In this document: positions 9,874-18,369 of the stretch, piece after piece
Numbering within the stretch: position 1 is the first letter of the stretch
Layout: every line of letters begins with the position of its first letter
DNA from: a virus
Strand: one strand, 5' to 3'
Length of the DNA: 64,000 nt
Virus record (IMG/VR): IMGVR_UViG_3300021963_000027
Span: 96,001 to 160,000 of that record
Translations under genes and position numbers: made by a program
The notes under the pieces: generated by a model
The model's database searches: none
What the model saw: the letters and a program-made list of their open reading frames with translations, nothing else
Told to the model about the DNA's origin: nothing

Positions 9874-10799
9874 CAGTATTTGATTTTATAAGTTGTCAAA
9901 TCAGCGAATTTTAAGATATCTGACCAATTTTGCTTACTATTGGTCGTGAAAACGAAGTCAAATTTACGTGAAACATTTTCAACCCCTTCTTGGCAATCAC
10001 TGTGCGTAGTGAACAATCCCAAAGAACCACATTTTTTCTCTCTCAATTTTTCAGCAAGACCTAAGAATGTCCCACCTTTACAATTGATATCATCGATTAT
10101 CAATGTCGGTGCGCCCTCAACAAGTCCTTCACCAACGTAAAATTCTTTCAAAGAACCATCTTTAACGTCTCGAATTTTTTCACATCGAACGAGATGATAA
10201 TGATGAGTTCTATCTTGATTGGATAGATATTCAATGATTTTCTGAACTCTTTTACCAGCACCAGCATCAGGACATACGATATTAACATCCTTACCATTCG
10301 ACATTTGCAAAACGCTTTGCAACATGAATTCACGTTCATCTAAAATATGAACATTGTTGATCAATGCTGGTGTGACATCACTATGCGGACACAGAATAGA
10401 TACCTTATCGAATCCACAAGAGTTGATCATATCTGCGAAGATTTTCAAAGTAAAGGCTTCTCCTGTATTGCAGATTCTATCTTGTCTTGCCGCTGGGAAA
10501 TAGGGTATAAACAATTCAATATTTTTAATTCCCATACGACGAACAGCATCATTGGCTATTACGATATCGATCAAATCGGACACCGAATTGATACGATGCG
10601 TGATCACCATATTACCATTATATAATGGTGATTCGATTTTAAAATTTGGTTCTCCTGCTGGAAAAAGTCCTTTGGAAAAATTAACTTTAAAAATTCCATT
10701 AAAATAATCCGCAAAAGGATCAAAATTTTGATCCAGATTGAGAACATAAAGCTCCTCACTTTCGTTTTTCCAAGTAATGTGATTTTGTTGTTTCGTCAT
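9873..10799 (-). CDS. prs: Ribose-phosphate pyrophosphokinase-like (Prs; candidate Adps)
   Basis: FPAGE, IPYFPAARQDR, VCPDAGA, IIDDINCKGGTF. Confidence 0.9.
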   Translation of the reverse strand: MTKQQNHITWKNESEELYVLNLDQNFDPFADYFNGIFKVNFSKGLFPAGEPNFKIESPLYNGNMVITHRINSVSDLIDIVIANDAVRRMGIKNIELFIPYFPAARQDRICNTGEAFTLKIFADMINSCGFDKVSILCPHSDVTPALINNVHILDEREFMLQSVLQMSNGKDVNIVCPDAGAGKRVQKIIEYLSNQDRTHHYHLVRCEKIRDVKDGSLKEFYVGEGLVEGAPTLIIDDINCKGGTFLGLAEKLREKKCGSLGLFTTHSDCQEGVENVSRKFDFVFTTNSKQNWSDILKFADLTTYKIKY

Positions 10800-10820
10800 G
10801 TTGCGATTGTAATCTAGTTT

Positions 10821-11558
10821 TTAAATTTTGAAATTCTTGATCTGATTCGTCAGATTCTTGAATTGGTTATCTTTTTCCATCCATTGACTCTGTTCTCTCA
10901 GCATTTCTTCCATCATGTCTAGATTTTTAGGATCAAGGACACTTTCTTGTGTTTCAATCAATTCGCCTTTTTGGTCGATAAATTCTCCTACCCAAGCAAT
11001 TCGATCATCGAGATTCGGGATATTTTCAATGGGGATAATTGCTGGCATATCGTCAGCAATGAAGAATGGTGTGTTCTCCAGATGATCAGAATATTGCTCA
11101 TAAAGACCTGAAAAGATGTCGTCAATCTCCTTGATATAATTCAAATTAGTATCGCGTAATCCATCTTCCACGACTTTGATGGTGGGATCGTATTTAATCC
11201 AAAAAATAATATCAAGGTTCTTTAGAGAACGTCGAACAATATCTACAGTAATTCCGAGAACATCTTCCGACACCAAATCTTTTTCCGTGGCATGAAGCGT
11301 GTATGCCAAATTATCCAAAGGACAACGATCATACACGACATATTTCTCATCCTTATTAACTTCTAGGGTCTGTGTCATCCAATCCAAGATAAGCAATTGT
11401 GTCTCTGCCGTGGTATTGGAAGAATGTTTCAAATCTTTTTCTTTGATAATATCTCTGTATGTTTTCAACGGTGTTTTATACATCTGCCATTTCTGTAAAA
11501 ATGACTTGATTAATGTGCTTTTCCCGACATTACCGCTACCACTAAACGCAATTTTCAT
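10821..11558 (-). CDS. P-loop nucleotide kinase (AAA_28/NadR-kinase or dNMP-kinase-like)
   Basis: SGSGNVGKST Walker A; YDRCPLDNLAY. Confidence 0.7.
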   Translation of the reverse strand: MKIAFSGSGNVGKSTLIKSFLQKWQMYKTPLKTYRDIIKEKDLKHSSNTTAETQLLILDWMTQTLEVNKDEKYVVYDRCPLDNLAYTLHATEKDLVSEDVLGITVDIVRRSLKNLDIIFWIKYDPTIKVVEDGLRDTNLNYIKEIDDIFSGLYEQYSDHLENTPFFIADDMPAIIPIENIPNLDDRIAWVGEFIDQKGELIETQESVLDPKNLDMMEEMLREQSQWMEKDNQFKNLTNQIKNFKI

Positions 11559-11565
11559 ATTAATT

Positions 11566-11593
11566 AATTTACCACCATATTCTCAGAAATCAA
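11566..11593 (-). promoter_or_regulatory. Sigma70-type promoter, probably leaderless
   Basis: TTGATT-N16-TAAATT with TGn extension; 7 nt to ATG(11558). Confidence 0.5.
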
Positions 11594-11619
11594 GTGATTT
11601 TTGTTAAATAATAATACAT

Positions 11620-12360
11620 ATGTCAGTTAAAAAGACACCTCCTCGTAAGAGGAAAGAGCGGGATGTGACAGAGGAATTTACCGAACACATCAAAAAGGGG
11701 TTTGATCTATCAAATTTATATTTGAAAAATAATTATCCAATGACTGATAACCAACAGAAATTTTATTATATGTCGCAAAGTCCGAGGAATAATATGGTTT
11801 TTGTCAACGGACCAGCAGGGAGTGCAAAGACTCACTTAGCTGTATTTTCAGCACTAGAACTTCTAAGGAGTGGACATGTTGATAAAATCATCTACATTCG
11901 TTCCGTGGTAGAGAGTTCTTCACGTTCGATTGGATTTCTAAAAGGGGATGAGAATGAGAAGTTCTTACCTTATATTATGCCAATGTTGGATAAATTAAAT
12001 GAAATTTTATCTAAAGCAGATATTACTCATTTGATGGATAACGAATACATTAAAGCAATACCAGTGAACTTTGTAAGGGGTCTTACCTTCCATCGCTGTG
12101 CTGTCATTATTGACGAAGCACAAAACATGACAAGGGGAGAGCTAACCACCATCCTCACACGTTTTGGTAAACATTCTCGATACTTCGTGTTGGGTGATGC
12201 TGCTCAAGCAGATATCAAGGATTCAGGATTTATTTCCGTATATGAATCTTTTGATACCGATTTCTCAAGAAAAAATGAGATCCAATGTGTCGAATTCGAC
12301 ACGAGTGATATCGTGAGATCGCAAATACTCAAGCATATCACCGCAGTACTCAAGGTGTAA
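11620..12360 (+). CDS. phoH: PhoH-like ATPase
   Basis: GPAGSAKT, IGFLKG, VRGLTF, IIDEAQNMT, GDAAQAD, VRS. Confidence 0.95.
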   Translation: MSVKKTPPRKRKERDVTEEFTEHIKKGFDLSNLYLKNNYPMTDNQQKFYYMSQSPRNNMVFVNGPAGSAKTHLAVFSALELLRSGHVDKIIYIRSVVESSSRSIGFLKGDENEKFLPYIMPMLDKLNEILSKADITHLMDNEYIKAIPVNFVRGLTFHRCAVIIDEAQNMTRGELTTILTRFGKHSRYFVLGDAAQADIKDSGFISVYESFDTDFSRKNEIQCVEFDTSDIVRSQILKHITAVLKV

Positions 12361-12531
12361 TTACTTCGCCCCCCAAGAAGTTCCGTTAAACCACGAAAGA
12401 CCTTTTGGATTTTCCAAAGTTGGTTGTGGTTTTTCTTCTTTGATTGGTTGCTCGACAGCTTTCGGCGTTTCTTCTTCACCGTTTACGATCTTAAAATTCT
12501 CATCCTCTTTCACCACGATTTCTATGTTCAT
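12361..12531 (-). CDS. Small hypothetical protein
   Basis: Start 12531 lies 5 nt below a full TATAAATA. Confidence 0.55.
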   Translation of the reverse strand: MNIEIVVKEDENFKIVNGEEETPKAVEQPIKEEKPQPTLENPKGLSWFNGTSWGAK

Positions 12532-12536
12532 GGTGA

Positions 12537-12544
12537 TATTTATA
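12537..12544 (-). promoter_or_regulatory. Late promoter TATAAATA
   Basis: Full T4 late consensus, N5 to ATG(12531). Confidence 0.65.
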
Positions 12545-12559
12545 GGCTTCAATTATTTG

Positions 12560-13117
12560 TCAAGGATTTCTTTGTTGAGAAGTTTGTTCTCCCTCTGGTC
12601 TAGCTGTTTCATCCCAATATTGATCCTGATTATTTAGTTTCATGAATACGTCCGTTCTAGGTTTGATAACCCATTCAAAGATATCTTTATCTTTATCAAA
12701 AAGAATAATTGCTTGAGGATATCTATATTTTTTACCAGCAACAGATTCACCTTCTGGTGTAACACCTTTTTGAGCCACTTTAACCAGATAGTGCTGCCCC
12801 TTTGGGGTATTTTTTCCAGTTTTAATTTTTTCATTAGGAATTGGCACTATACCTTGTTCATCCATCCAATCCAAAATTCTTTCTTCTATAGTTTGATAGG
12901 CTTGACCCACTCTTTGTATAATACCTCTACCTGCTGATCTTATATTAGCAAGTTTAGAGCTAGTATCAGGCGCGACAACTTTACCAAATTCTTTACCTAA
13001 TTGATAAGCTGATTTAGCAAATCTACCGATTTTAGAATTGGCGACTTTTGCTTTAGTTTTTTTAAAAGAATCCCAAAGTCCTTCTTCCAATAATTCTCTT
13101 TGTGATAACTTATACAT
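12560..13117 (-). CDS. Hypothetical protein, putative head-packaged
   Basis: 185 aa; N-terminus MYKLSQRELLEEG. Confidence 0.7.
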   Translation of the reverse strand: MYKLSQRELLEEGLWDSFKKTKAKVANSKIGRFAKSAYQLGKEFGKVVAPDTSSKLANIRSAGRGIIQRVGQAYQTIEERILDWMDEQGIVPIPNEKIKTGKNTPKGQHYLVKVAQKGVTPEGESVAGKKYRYPQAIILFDKDKDIFEWVIKPRTDVFMKLNNQDQYWDETARPEGEQTSQQRNP

Positions 13118-13568
13118 CGACTGATAATTGTTTGTCTGCTACATTATTTAATGCCACATCAATTAGGGCATCCAATTCATTTTTAATAAAGTCTTTCCCG
13201 ATCAAAACCTTGTGATCATTTGTGGATCGATTACTAATAGAAAAGGGGATACTTTTAAATTTTTTACCCCCTATGACGCAATCGAAAAGACACACAGGTC
13301 TTTCAACAGTATTTCCTTCTCCGATATTAATTATAATTGTATCTTCTGTGGGTTTTTCTAATCTCATGGAATTGGTGGTTGTGAATCTTACTATCTTCTC
13401 GCCTGTTTTCTTATCCTTGCCAAATTCAACATCTTCTCCATGTAATACATTGTAAGCACCGTTACCAGTATCCAATTTAGCGGAAATAGTCCCGACACCA
13501 TCAACAATGATATCTTCTACTAGACCGAAGATATTTTTTTCCACAAAGAATTGTTTGAAACTTGTCAT
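13110..13568 (-). CDS. Retropepsin-like aspartic protease (RimK-associated type)
   Basis: AKLDTGNG catalytic motif; SNRSTNDHKVLIGKDFI. Confidence 0.8.
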   Translation of the reverse strand: MTSFKQFFVEKNIFGLVEDIIVDGVGTISAKLDTGNGAYNVLHGEDVEFGKDKKTGEKIVRFTTTNSMRLEKPTEDTIIINIGEGNTVERPVCLFDCVIGGKKFKSIPFSISNRSTNDHKVLIGKDFIKNELDALIDVALNNVADKQLSVDV

Positions 13569-13583
13569 TCATTTATAAAATTA

Positions 13584-14051
13584 TTAATAATCACGGGACT
13601 GATCGAAACCAGTATTCGCAAAATCAGCTTTAGCATCAAGACGATGCCAAACATCGGAAACATAAGTCGAAGAAATAGTAATCGCTGAAACCATCCAATC
13701 TTCAAATTCACAATCGTTTCTCATTTCATACAAACGATTAGCATATTCAGCGAGTTTTTTCAACTCAGATACAAGAACCTCATTGACTTCATGTTTTTCC
13801 ACAGGACTAATTGGATCAAATTCCATAACCATCCCATGTGCTTCAGGCTCATCGTCGTCACCGAAGTCATCACCCTCACTATCAAATCCACCCTCACCGA
13901 AATCTGGATCATCGTCCATCATTCCATAATCATCATCATCACCCATGTCATCACCAAAGTCATCATCCATCTCGTCATCGAATCTTTCGTTCATAACTCC
14001 ACCACGGAAAGATTCCCAAATCACTTTATTTTCTTCTCCTTTGAATTTCAT
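13584..14051 (-). CDS. Highly acidic hypothetical protein
   Basis: Asp/Gly-rich segment; late motif upstream. Confidence 0.7.
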   Translation of the reverse strand: MKFKGEENKVIWESFRGGVMNERFDDEMDDDFGDDMGDDDDYGMMDDDPDFGEGGFDSEGDDFGDDDEPEAHGMVMEFDPISPVEKHEVNEVLVSELKKLAEYANRLYEMRNDCEFEDWMVSAITISSTYVSDVWHRLDAKADFANTGFDQSRDY

Positions 14052-14056
14052 AATAT

Positions 14057-14062
14057 TATTTA
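14057..14062 (-). promoter_or_regulatory. Late promoter core TAAATA
   Basis: N5 to ATG(14051). Confidence 0.6.
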
Positions 14063-14473
14063 GTCAATCGCGTTTAAATTCTGTGCTTCTTCTTTATCAT
14101 TCTGAATTGCGTTGATAATTGGTAGAATTTCTTCTTCATAAAATTCTTTACCAGTCTTTCCAGTCTGTTGTAGTAATTTTTGAGCCTCGTCATCATCCTG
14201 CAAAGCAACTTCAAGTTCTTTCAGATTTGATTTATCTGCTTCTGACACGTTAGTAGTTGTTGCGTATAACAATGCCATCACAACATGCTTAATGTAATTA
14301 ATTTCTGCTATGGAAGTCAGAGGAACAGGATTAGCTTCTTCCGCTGGTGGTGCTTCAGGTGCTGGTTGCCCCTCTTGAGGAGGTGCTTGTTCCATACCAG
14401 CATTAGGATCTTGCTCGTCTTGTTCAAGAAGACGACTATATTTTTCAATTAATTGTAATGTTTTTGATTTCAT
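14060..14473 (-). CDS. Hypothetical protein
   Basis: Likely start MKSKTLQLIEKYSRLLE; Pro/Glu-rich linker. Confidence 0.65.
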   Translation of the reverse strand: MKSKTLQLIEKYSRLLEQDEQDPNAGMEQAPPQEGQPAPEAPPAEEANPVPLTSIAEINYIKHVVMALLYATTTNVSEADKSNLKELEVALQDDDEAQKLLQQTGKTGKEFYEEEILPIINAIQNDKEEAQNLNAID

Positions 14474-14474
14474 A

Positions 14475-14939
14475 TTAATAAGTTCTTCCAACTGCGGATT
14501 GTTTTACTGCTTGTAATCCTTTTTTAATTCTCACGGAACCTTTTCTGTAAGCATCAACAGCTTGTCCAGCAAGATTTTGTCTTTCTTTAACTGCTGATTT
14601 TGCTTTTTGTGCGGAAGTGCCAAACAATTTACCTGCAAGACCTTTCAAGCCACTGGAAGCTTTACCTGCCAAACCTTCAACTTCTTTATCGACTTCATAC
14701 GTACCTGTTCCAGCATCAATAGATTCGTCTTCTTCAGCGTATTTTTTCTTTTTGAGACGTTTTTTCTTTTCATGCAAGAGCATTTTAGCTTTGAAAGCAT
14801 CTTCCCTTTTCTGCTCATTAGCTGGATCATATTGCTCCAGAATTTCTAAAAATTTGCTTTTTTTAGCTTTGGAAGAATCATCCATTTTACGCTTAGTAGC
14901 TGGATCATGTTCTTCGATAATTTTCAAAAATTTATTCAT
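14475..14939 (-). CDS. Hypothetical protein with duplicated N-terminal segment
   Basis: KFLKIIEEHDPA and KFLEILEQYDPA repeats. Confidence 0.7.
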   Translation of the reverse strand: MNKFLKIIEEHDPATKRKMDDSSKAKKSKFLEILEQYDPANEQKREDAFKAKMLLHEKKKRLKKKKYAEEDESIDAGTGTYEVDKEVEGLAGKASSGLKGLAGKLFGTSAQKAKSAVKERQNLAGQAVDAYRKGSVRIKKGLQAVKQSAVGRTY

Positions 14940-14943
14940 AGCA

Positions 14944-15441
14944 TTATTTAATCAAAATAGTCATCTTATTGACAACTTCTTGGAAATATTGCTCATTGAG
15001 AAAAGTCAGACCCTCTTTCTCCAAATATTTAGATATTTTTCGGAATGATGGTGTTTTTCTATTTTGAAATGCTGATTCAAATTCTGAGATAACTTCAGCA
15101 TTCCAAATTTTCAAAAGATATTCTAATTTTTCAAAGTCGAAATTCTTCTCGATGATATTGATTTTGAAAATTCTACGAACTTTTTTCAAAAGCTGATTGC
15201 GGAATTTATCCTTTGTCAGTGTATTGGAGAAAAATACAAAATCTTGTCGTGTATATTTCAAAAATTCGGTGAATGTCTTGATGAATTCATGAGTATACAA
15301 TTTCTGGTTATTTCTTTTAGAGAAATCAAAAGTTGTAGTCAATCCTAGACTTTCCAGAAGAGTTGCGAAATTTTCATTTGTTTCTTTGAAAACCTCATCA
15401 ATATCGATGATTTTCTTATTTTGAAAATAAATTCTACTCAC
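14944..15441 (-). CDS. Hypothetical protein
   Basis: 165-aa ORF overlapping the upstream gene by 4 nt. Confidence 0.65.
   Translation of the reverse strand: MSRIYFQNKKIIDIDEVFKETNENFATLLESLGLTTTFDFSKRNNQKLYTHEFIKTFTEFLKYTRQDFVFFSNTLTKDKFRNQLLKKVRRIFKINIIEKNFDFEKLEYLLKIWNAEVISEFESAFQNRKTPSFRKISKYLEKEGLTFLNEQYFQEVVNKMTILIK
14945..14950 (-). promoter_or_regulatory. Late promoter core TAAATA
   Basis: N5 to ATG(14939). Confidence 0.6.
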
Positions 15442-15902
15442 AACCCAAGAGTAACAGGGTCACGTTCGATGTCAACATAATTTTTGGGAATGACACCTAA
15501 GCGGACATTTAGAATGCCATTGTAGTATTTTTGATCCATCAATGCATTGCATTTAATTTGCCAAATCAATTCTCCGTAGGTCATATGGAATTTTGATTGA
15601 CAGACTTCTATCACTTCTCTGGAAAAATGCTCAATACCGTATTTCTCAATGTCTGCAAGCAATTCCTTGGACGATCCCCAATACTTTTCAACATCGTTGT
15701 CCACATAAGAAATTCTATTGCGTGTCTTACCTTTCAATGGTTTCCTTTTTACTTTCTTGAGCAATTTCTTTTGCCCAATGTAGTATTTTTTCTTGGAATC
15801 TGGATGATTATTGCGAATGAGGTAAACAAATCCTACAACACCTTCCGTATCGGTTGGGAAATTTTTCCATGAGCTTTGGGGTTGACTTTCTGATTTTTGC
15901 AT
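15438..15902 (-). CDS. GIY-YIG-family endonuclease
   Basis: GFVYLIRN...KYYIGQK, YWGSS, FSREVI, YYN. Confidence 0.8.
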   Translation of the reverse strand: MQKSESQPQSSWKNFPTDTEGVVGFVYLIRNNHPDSKKKYYIGQKKLLKKVKRKPLKGKTRNRISYVDNDVEKYWGSSKELLADIEKYGIEHFSREVIEVCQSKFHMTYGELIWQIKCNALMDQKYYNGILNVRLGVIPKNYVDIERDPVTLGL

Positions 15903-16094
15903 TTATATTTAATTATAATTGATTCTGATTTATTATATTTATTGTACATTAATCTTAATCAATAGATAATGATAAGAAGATTGATTTTAATTAATTTTTT
16001 TTCTTTTGTTTCTTTCTTTAGTTATCTTTAATCATAGTTAATATCTAATCTATATCTAATAATAAGATAATTAATTATAATAATAGAATAGCCA

Positions 16095-16121
16095 TTGACA
16101 AATGAATATGGTGTGTATAAT
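16095..16121 (+). promoter_or_regulatory. Possible sigma70-type promoter
   Basis: TTGACA-N15-TATAAT (short spacer). Confidence 0.35.
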
Positions 16122-16206
16122 TAATGGGAGGGGGGTGGGAATAGATGTACAATATAATAAGGAAATTTAGTTAAATTTAATCGCCAGAAAATTGAAAAAC
16201 ATCCGT

Positions 16207-16234
16207 TTGACATCCAAAAAATTTGTGCTACATT
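16207..16234 (+). promoter_or_regulatory. Sigma70-type promoter, probably leaderless
   Basis: TTGACA-N16-TACATT with TGn extension; 6 nt to ATG(16241). Confidence 0.6.
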
Positions 16235-16240
16235 CCAAAC

Positions 16241-17167
16241 ATGGAACTGAATTACATCAAAAATATTGACGCAATGACTGGATTGAAGGAATTGCCCGAC
16301 AAATCGATCCATTGTTGTCTCACATCACCTCCTTACTACAACCTTCGTCAATACACAGATGATGAAAATGAATTTGGATTGGCAGAGACACCTGAAGAAT
16401 TTGTCAATGGATTATGTGATTACTACGATGAAGTTTACCGTGTAATGCGAGATGATGGTGTGGTATTTGTGAACTTGGGAGACACATATCTTGGAAGTGG
16501 TAAAGGTGTTTGGAAAAACAAAGAAGAACCTCAAAAAGAGTCATTCAAATTTCGAGAAAAACCCAAAGAAAAATTGGGTGGTTGGAGAAAACCCAAACAA
16601 TTGGCACTAATTCCTTTCCGTTTTGCCATTGAGATGCAGAACAGAGGTTGGATTTTGAGAAATAATATCGTGTGGCATAAAGGAAATGCCCTTCCACAGA
16701 GCGTTACAGATCGTTTCGTCGTTGATTTTGAATCGGTGTTCATGTTTGTGAAAAGTAAATCGTATTATTTCAAACAACAAATTGAACCATTTGCCAATTC
16801 TTCCAATCCTGATGAAGTATATACAGGAGAGGCTACGAAGGATTATGAGTCTCAGAAGGCTCAGAACCCAAGTGATACGAAGAGAAGGATTCTGGACGCA
16901 ATGCGTAAGCGAGGAGGACGCTCCATGAGAGCAGTTTGGAAAATTAATACCAAACCCAACAAGTCCGTTCACACGGCTACATTTCCTGAAGAATTGGTGG
17001 AACGTATGTTGAAGAGTGGATGTCCTGAAAACGGTATCGTATTGGACTTCTTCATGGGTTCAGGAACAACAGGAGCAGTTGCCAAACAATTAGGTATGAA
17101 TTATATCGGCTTCGATTTGAATTCCGAATATTGTGAAGTAGCGAGAAAGAGAATTAATTCTTTTTAA
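16241..17167 (+). CDS. DNA amino-methyltransferase, beta class (second copy)
   Basis: TSPPY, HTATFP, DFFMGSGTT; start MELNY at 16241. Confidence 0.92.
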   Translation: MELNYIKNIDAMTGLKELPDKSIHCCLTSPPYYNLRQYTDDENEFGLAETPEEFVNGLCDYYDEVYRVMRDDGVVFVNLGDTYLGSGKGVWKNKEEPQKESFKFREKPKEKLGGWRKPKQLALIPFRFAIEMQNRGWILRNNIVWHKGNALPQSVTDRFVVDFESVFMFVKSKSYYFKQQIEPFANSSNPDEVYTGEATKDYESQKAQNPSDTKRRILDAMRKRGGRSMRAVWKINTKPNKSVHTATFPEELVERMLKSGCPENGIVLDFFMGSGTTGAVAKQLGMNYIGFDLNSEYCEVARKRINSF

Positions 17168-17390
17168 TTTTCTTCTTACGTTTTCTATTTTTCAATTTAC
17201 CTCTTCTGGTGGTGACACCCATCCCATAAGGATTCCTTGCATCTCCTGGCGCAAACCAATCGGTATTTTCAATACCAGCATGTCCAGCAACATCCCCCCC
17301 ATATACATCACCAGCAGTCATATCTTCGTTCAACATTTGTTGATAAATGTTGGCGATTTCATTTTTATCGTTGACAAAGGGTTGGTTCAT
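17154..17390 (-). CDS. Small hypothetical protein, putative head-packaged
   Basis: IANIYQQMLNE leader; basic C-terminus; late motif. Confidence 0.65.
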   Translation of the reverse strand: MNQPFVNDKNEIANIYQQMLNEDMTAGDVYGGDVAGHAGIENTDWFAPGDARNPYGMGVTTRRGKLKNRKRKKKIKKN

Positions 17391-17395
17391 GTTAT

Positions 17396-17401
17396 TATTT
17401 A
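17396..17401 (-). promoter_or_regulatory. Late promoter core TAAATA
   Basis: N5 to ATG(17390). Confidence 0.6.
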
Positions 17402-17406
17402 ACTAA

Positions 17407-17763
17407 ATGATGCGAGTAGTGAATAAGTCAAAACATAAGCCAACTCCCGATGATTTTTATATTGGGCGTGGCTCTGTATTGGGCAACCCTTACCACTCTA
17501 AAGAATCCGATCATCCTCAAGCTCTCTATAAAGTGGAAACCACTGAAGAAGCTATTGAAGGGTATCAAGAATATTTTAGAAATAAATTTTCATCAACTGA
17601 TGAAGGATTTCGAAGACAGGTTCAAAATATTATTGAGAGAGAATTAAACGATAAGGATACGAATCTTGTTTGTTACTGCGCCCCTAATAAATGTCACGGT
17701 GACTTTATTAAAAAATTTGTCGAAGATGCAGCGAATCAAATCCGCTGGTCTTCTTTTATGTAA
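17407..17763 (+). CDS. DUF4326-domain protein
   Basis: YIGRGSVLGNPY; LVCYCAPNKCHGD. Confidence 0.85.
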   Translation: MMRVVNKSKHKPTPDDFYIGRGSVLGNPYHSKESDHPQALYKVETTEEAIEGYQEYFRNKFSSTDEGFRRQVQNIIERELNDKDTNLVCYCAPNKCHGDFIKKFVEDAANQIRWSSFM

Positions 17764-17767
17764 AATT

Positions 17768-18166
17768 ATGAGTTACGAATTAATTAAAAAATATCAACAA
17801 CAATACGAAGAATTTGCCAAAATAAATGACTTCAATCTCGAAAATGTGACTCGCAGAGTTCCCTCCGAGAAGCACTTTTGGGTGTGCCGTCTCATTGATG
17901 CAAAGATCGATAAGGATAAACTTTACAAACTCAAAGCATCCACTAAGCACACTCTTCAAAAGAAGCTTATGGAAGAATCTCCTGTGGCACTCAATAAGCA
18001 ATATTTGGATGATCTGGATAAGACTCCATCATTGGAGGCAATCAATCAAAAAATTAAAGAGCAAGAGTATCTTATTGAATATCTGGAAAAATTGGTAAGT
18101 CAGATTACATTCATTGGTAACGACATTAAGAACATTTTGGAACTGCGGAAACTACAGGAATTATGA
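17768..18166 (+). CDS. uvsY: Recombination mediator (UvsY-like)
   Basis: YLIEYLEKLVSQITFIGNDIKNILELRK C-terminus; upstream of uvsW. Confidence 0.7.
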   Translation: MSYELIKKYQQQYEEFAKINDFNLENVTRRVPSEKHFWVCRLIDAKIDKDKLYKLKASTKHTLQKKLMEESPVALNKQYLDDLDKTPSLEAINQKIKEQEYLIEYLEKLVSQITFIGNDIKNILELRKLQEL

Positions 18167-18369
18167 ATAAATACGAATTAAATCCAGAAGAATCTTTTTA
18201 CGAAAATATCATTCGCGTTTTTCATATGAAAATGGAACACCAAAAAATCAAATTCGATTATATTAATCCCAATATGATGGCAGAAATTCTTGAAAAATTG
18301 GAGAATTATGGTAGATTTGAGGCTGATGAAGAAATTTGGGAATGGATACAAGATATGTATGGAGCATGA
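18163..18369 (+). CDS. Small hypothetical protein
   Basis: ATGA overlaps on both sides. Confidence 0.6.
   Translation: MNKYELNPEESFYENIIRVFHMKMEHQKIKFDYINPNMMAEILEKLENYGRFEADEEIWEWIQDMYGA

Larger units (their letters stand above)
15903..16240. other. AT-rich non-coding region at a transcription divergence point
   Basis: Nearly all A/T 15903-16090 with short repeats; G tract 16126-16139; flanking genes point outward. Confidence 0.6.

Noticed and set aside
15438-15902. GIY-YIG gene as a recent mobile insertion
   Set aside because: Short, nuclease domain only, coupled to its neighbour and without insertion scars; more like a resident gene.
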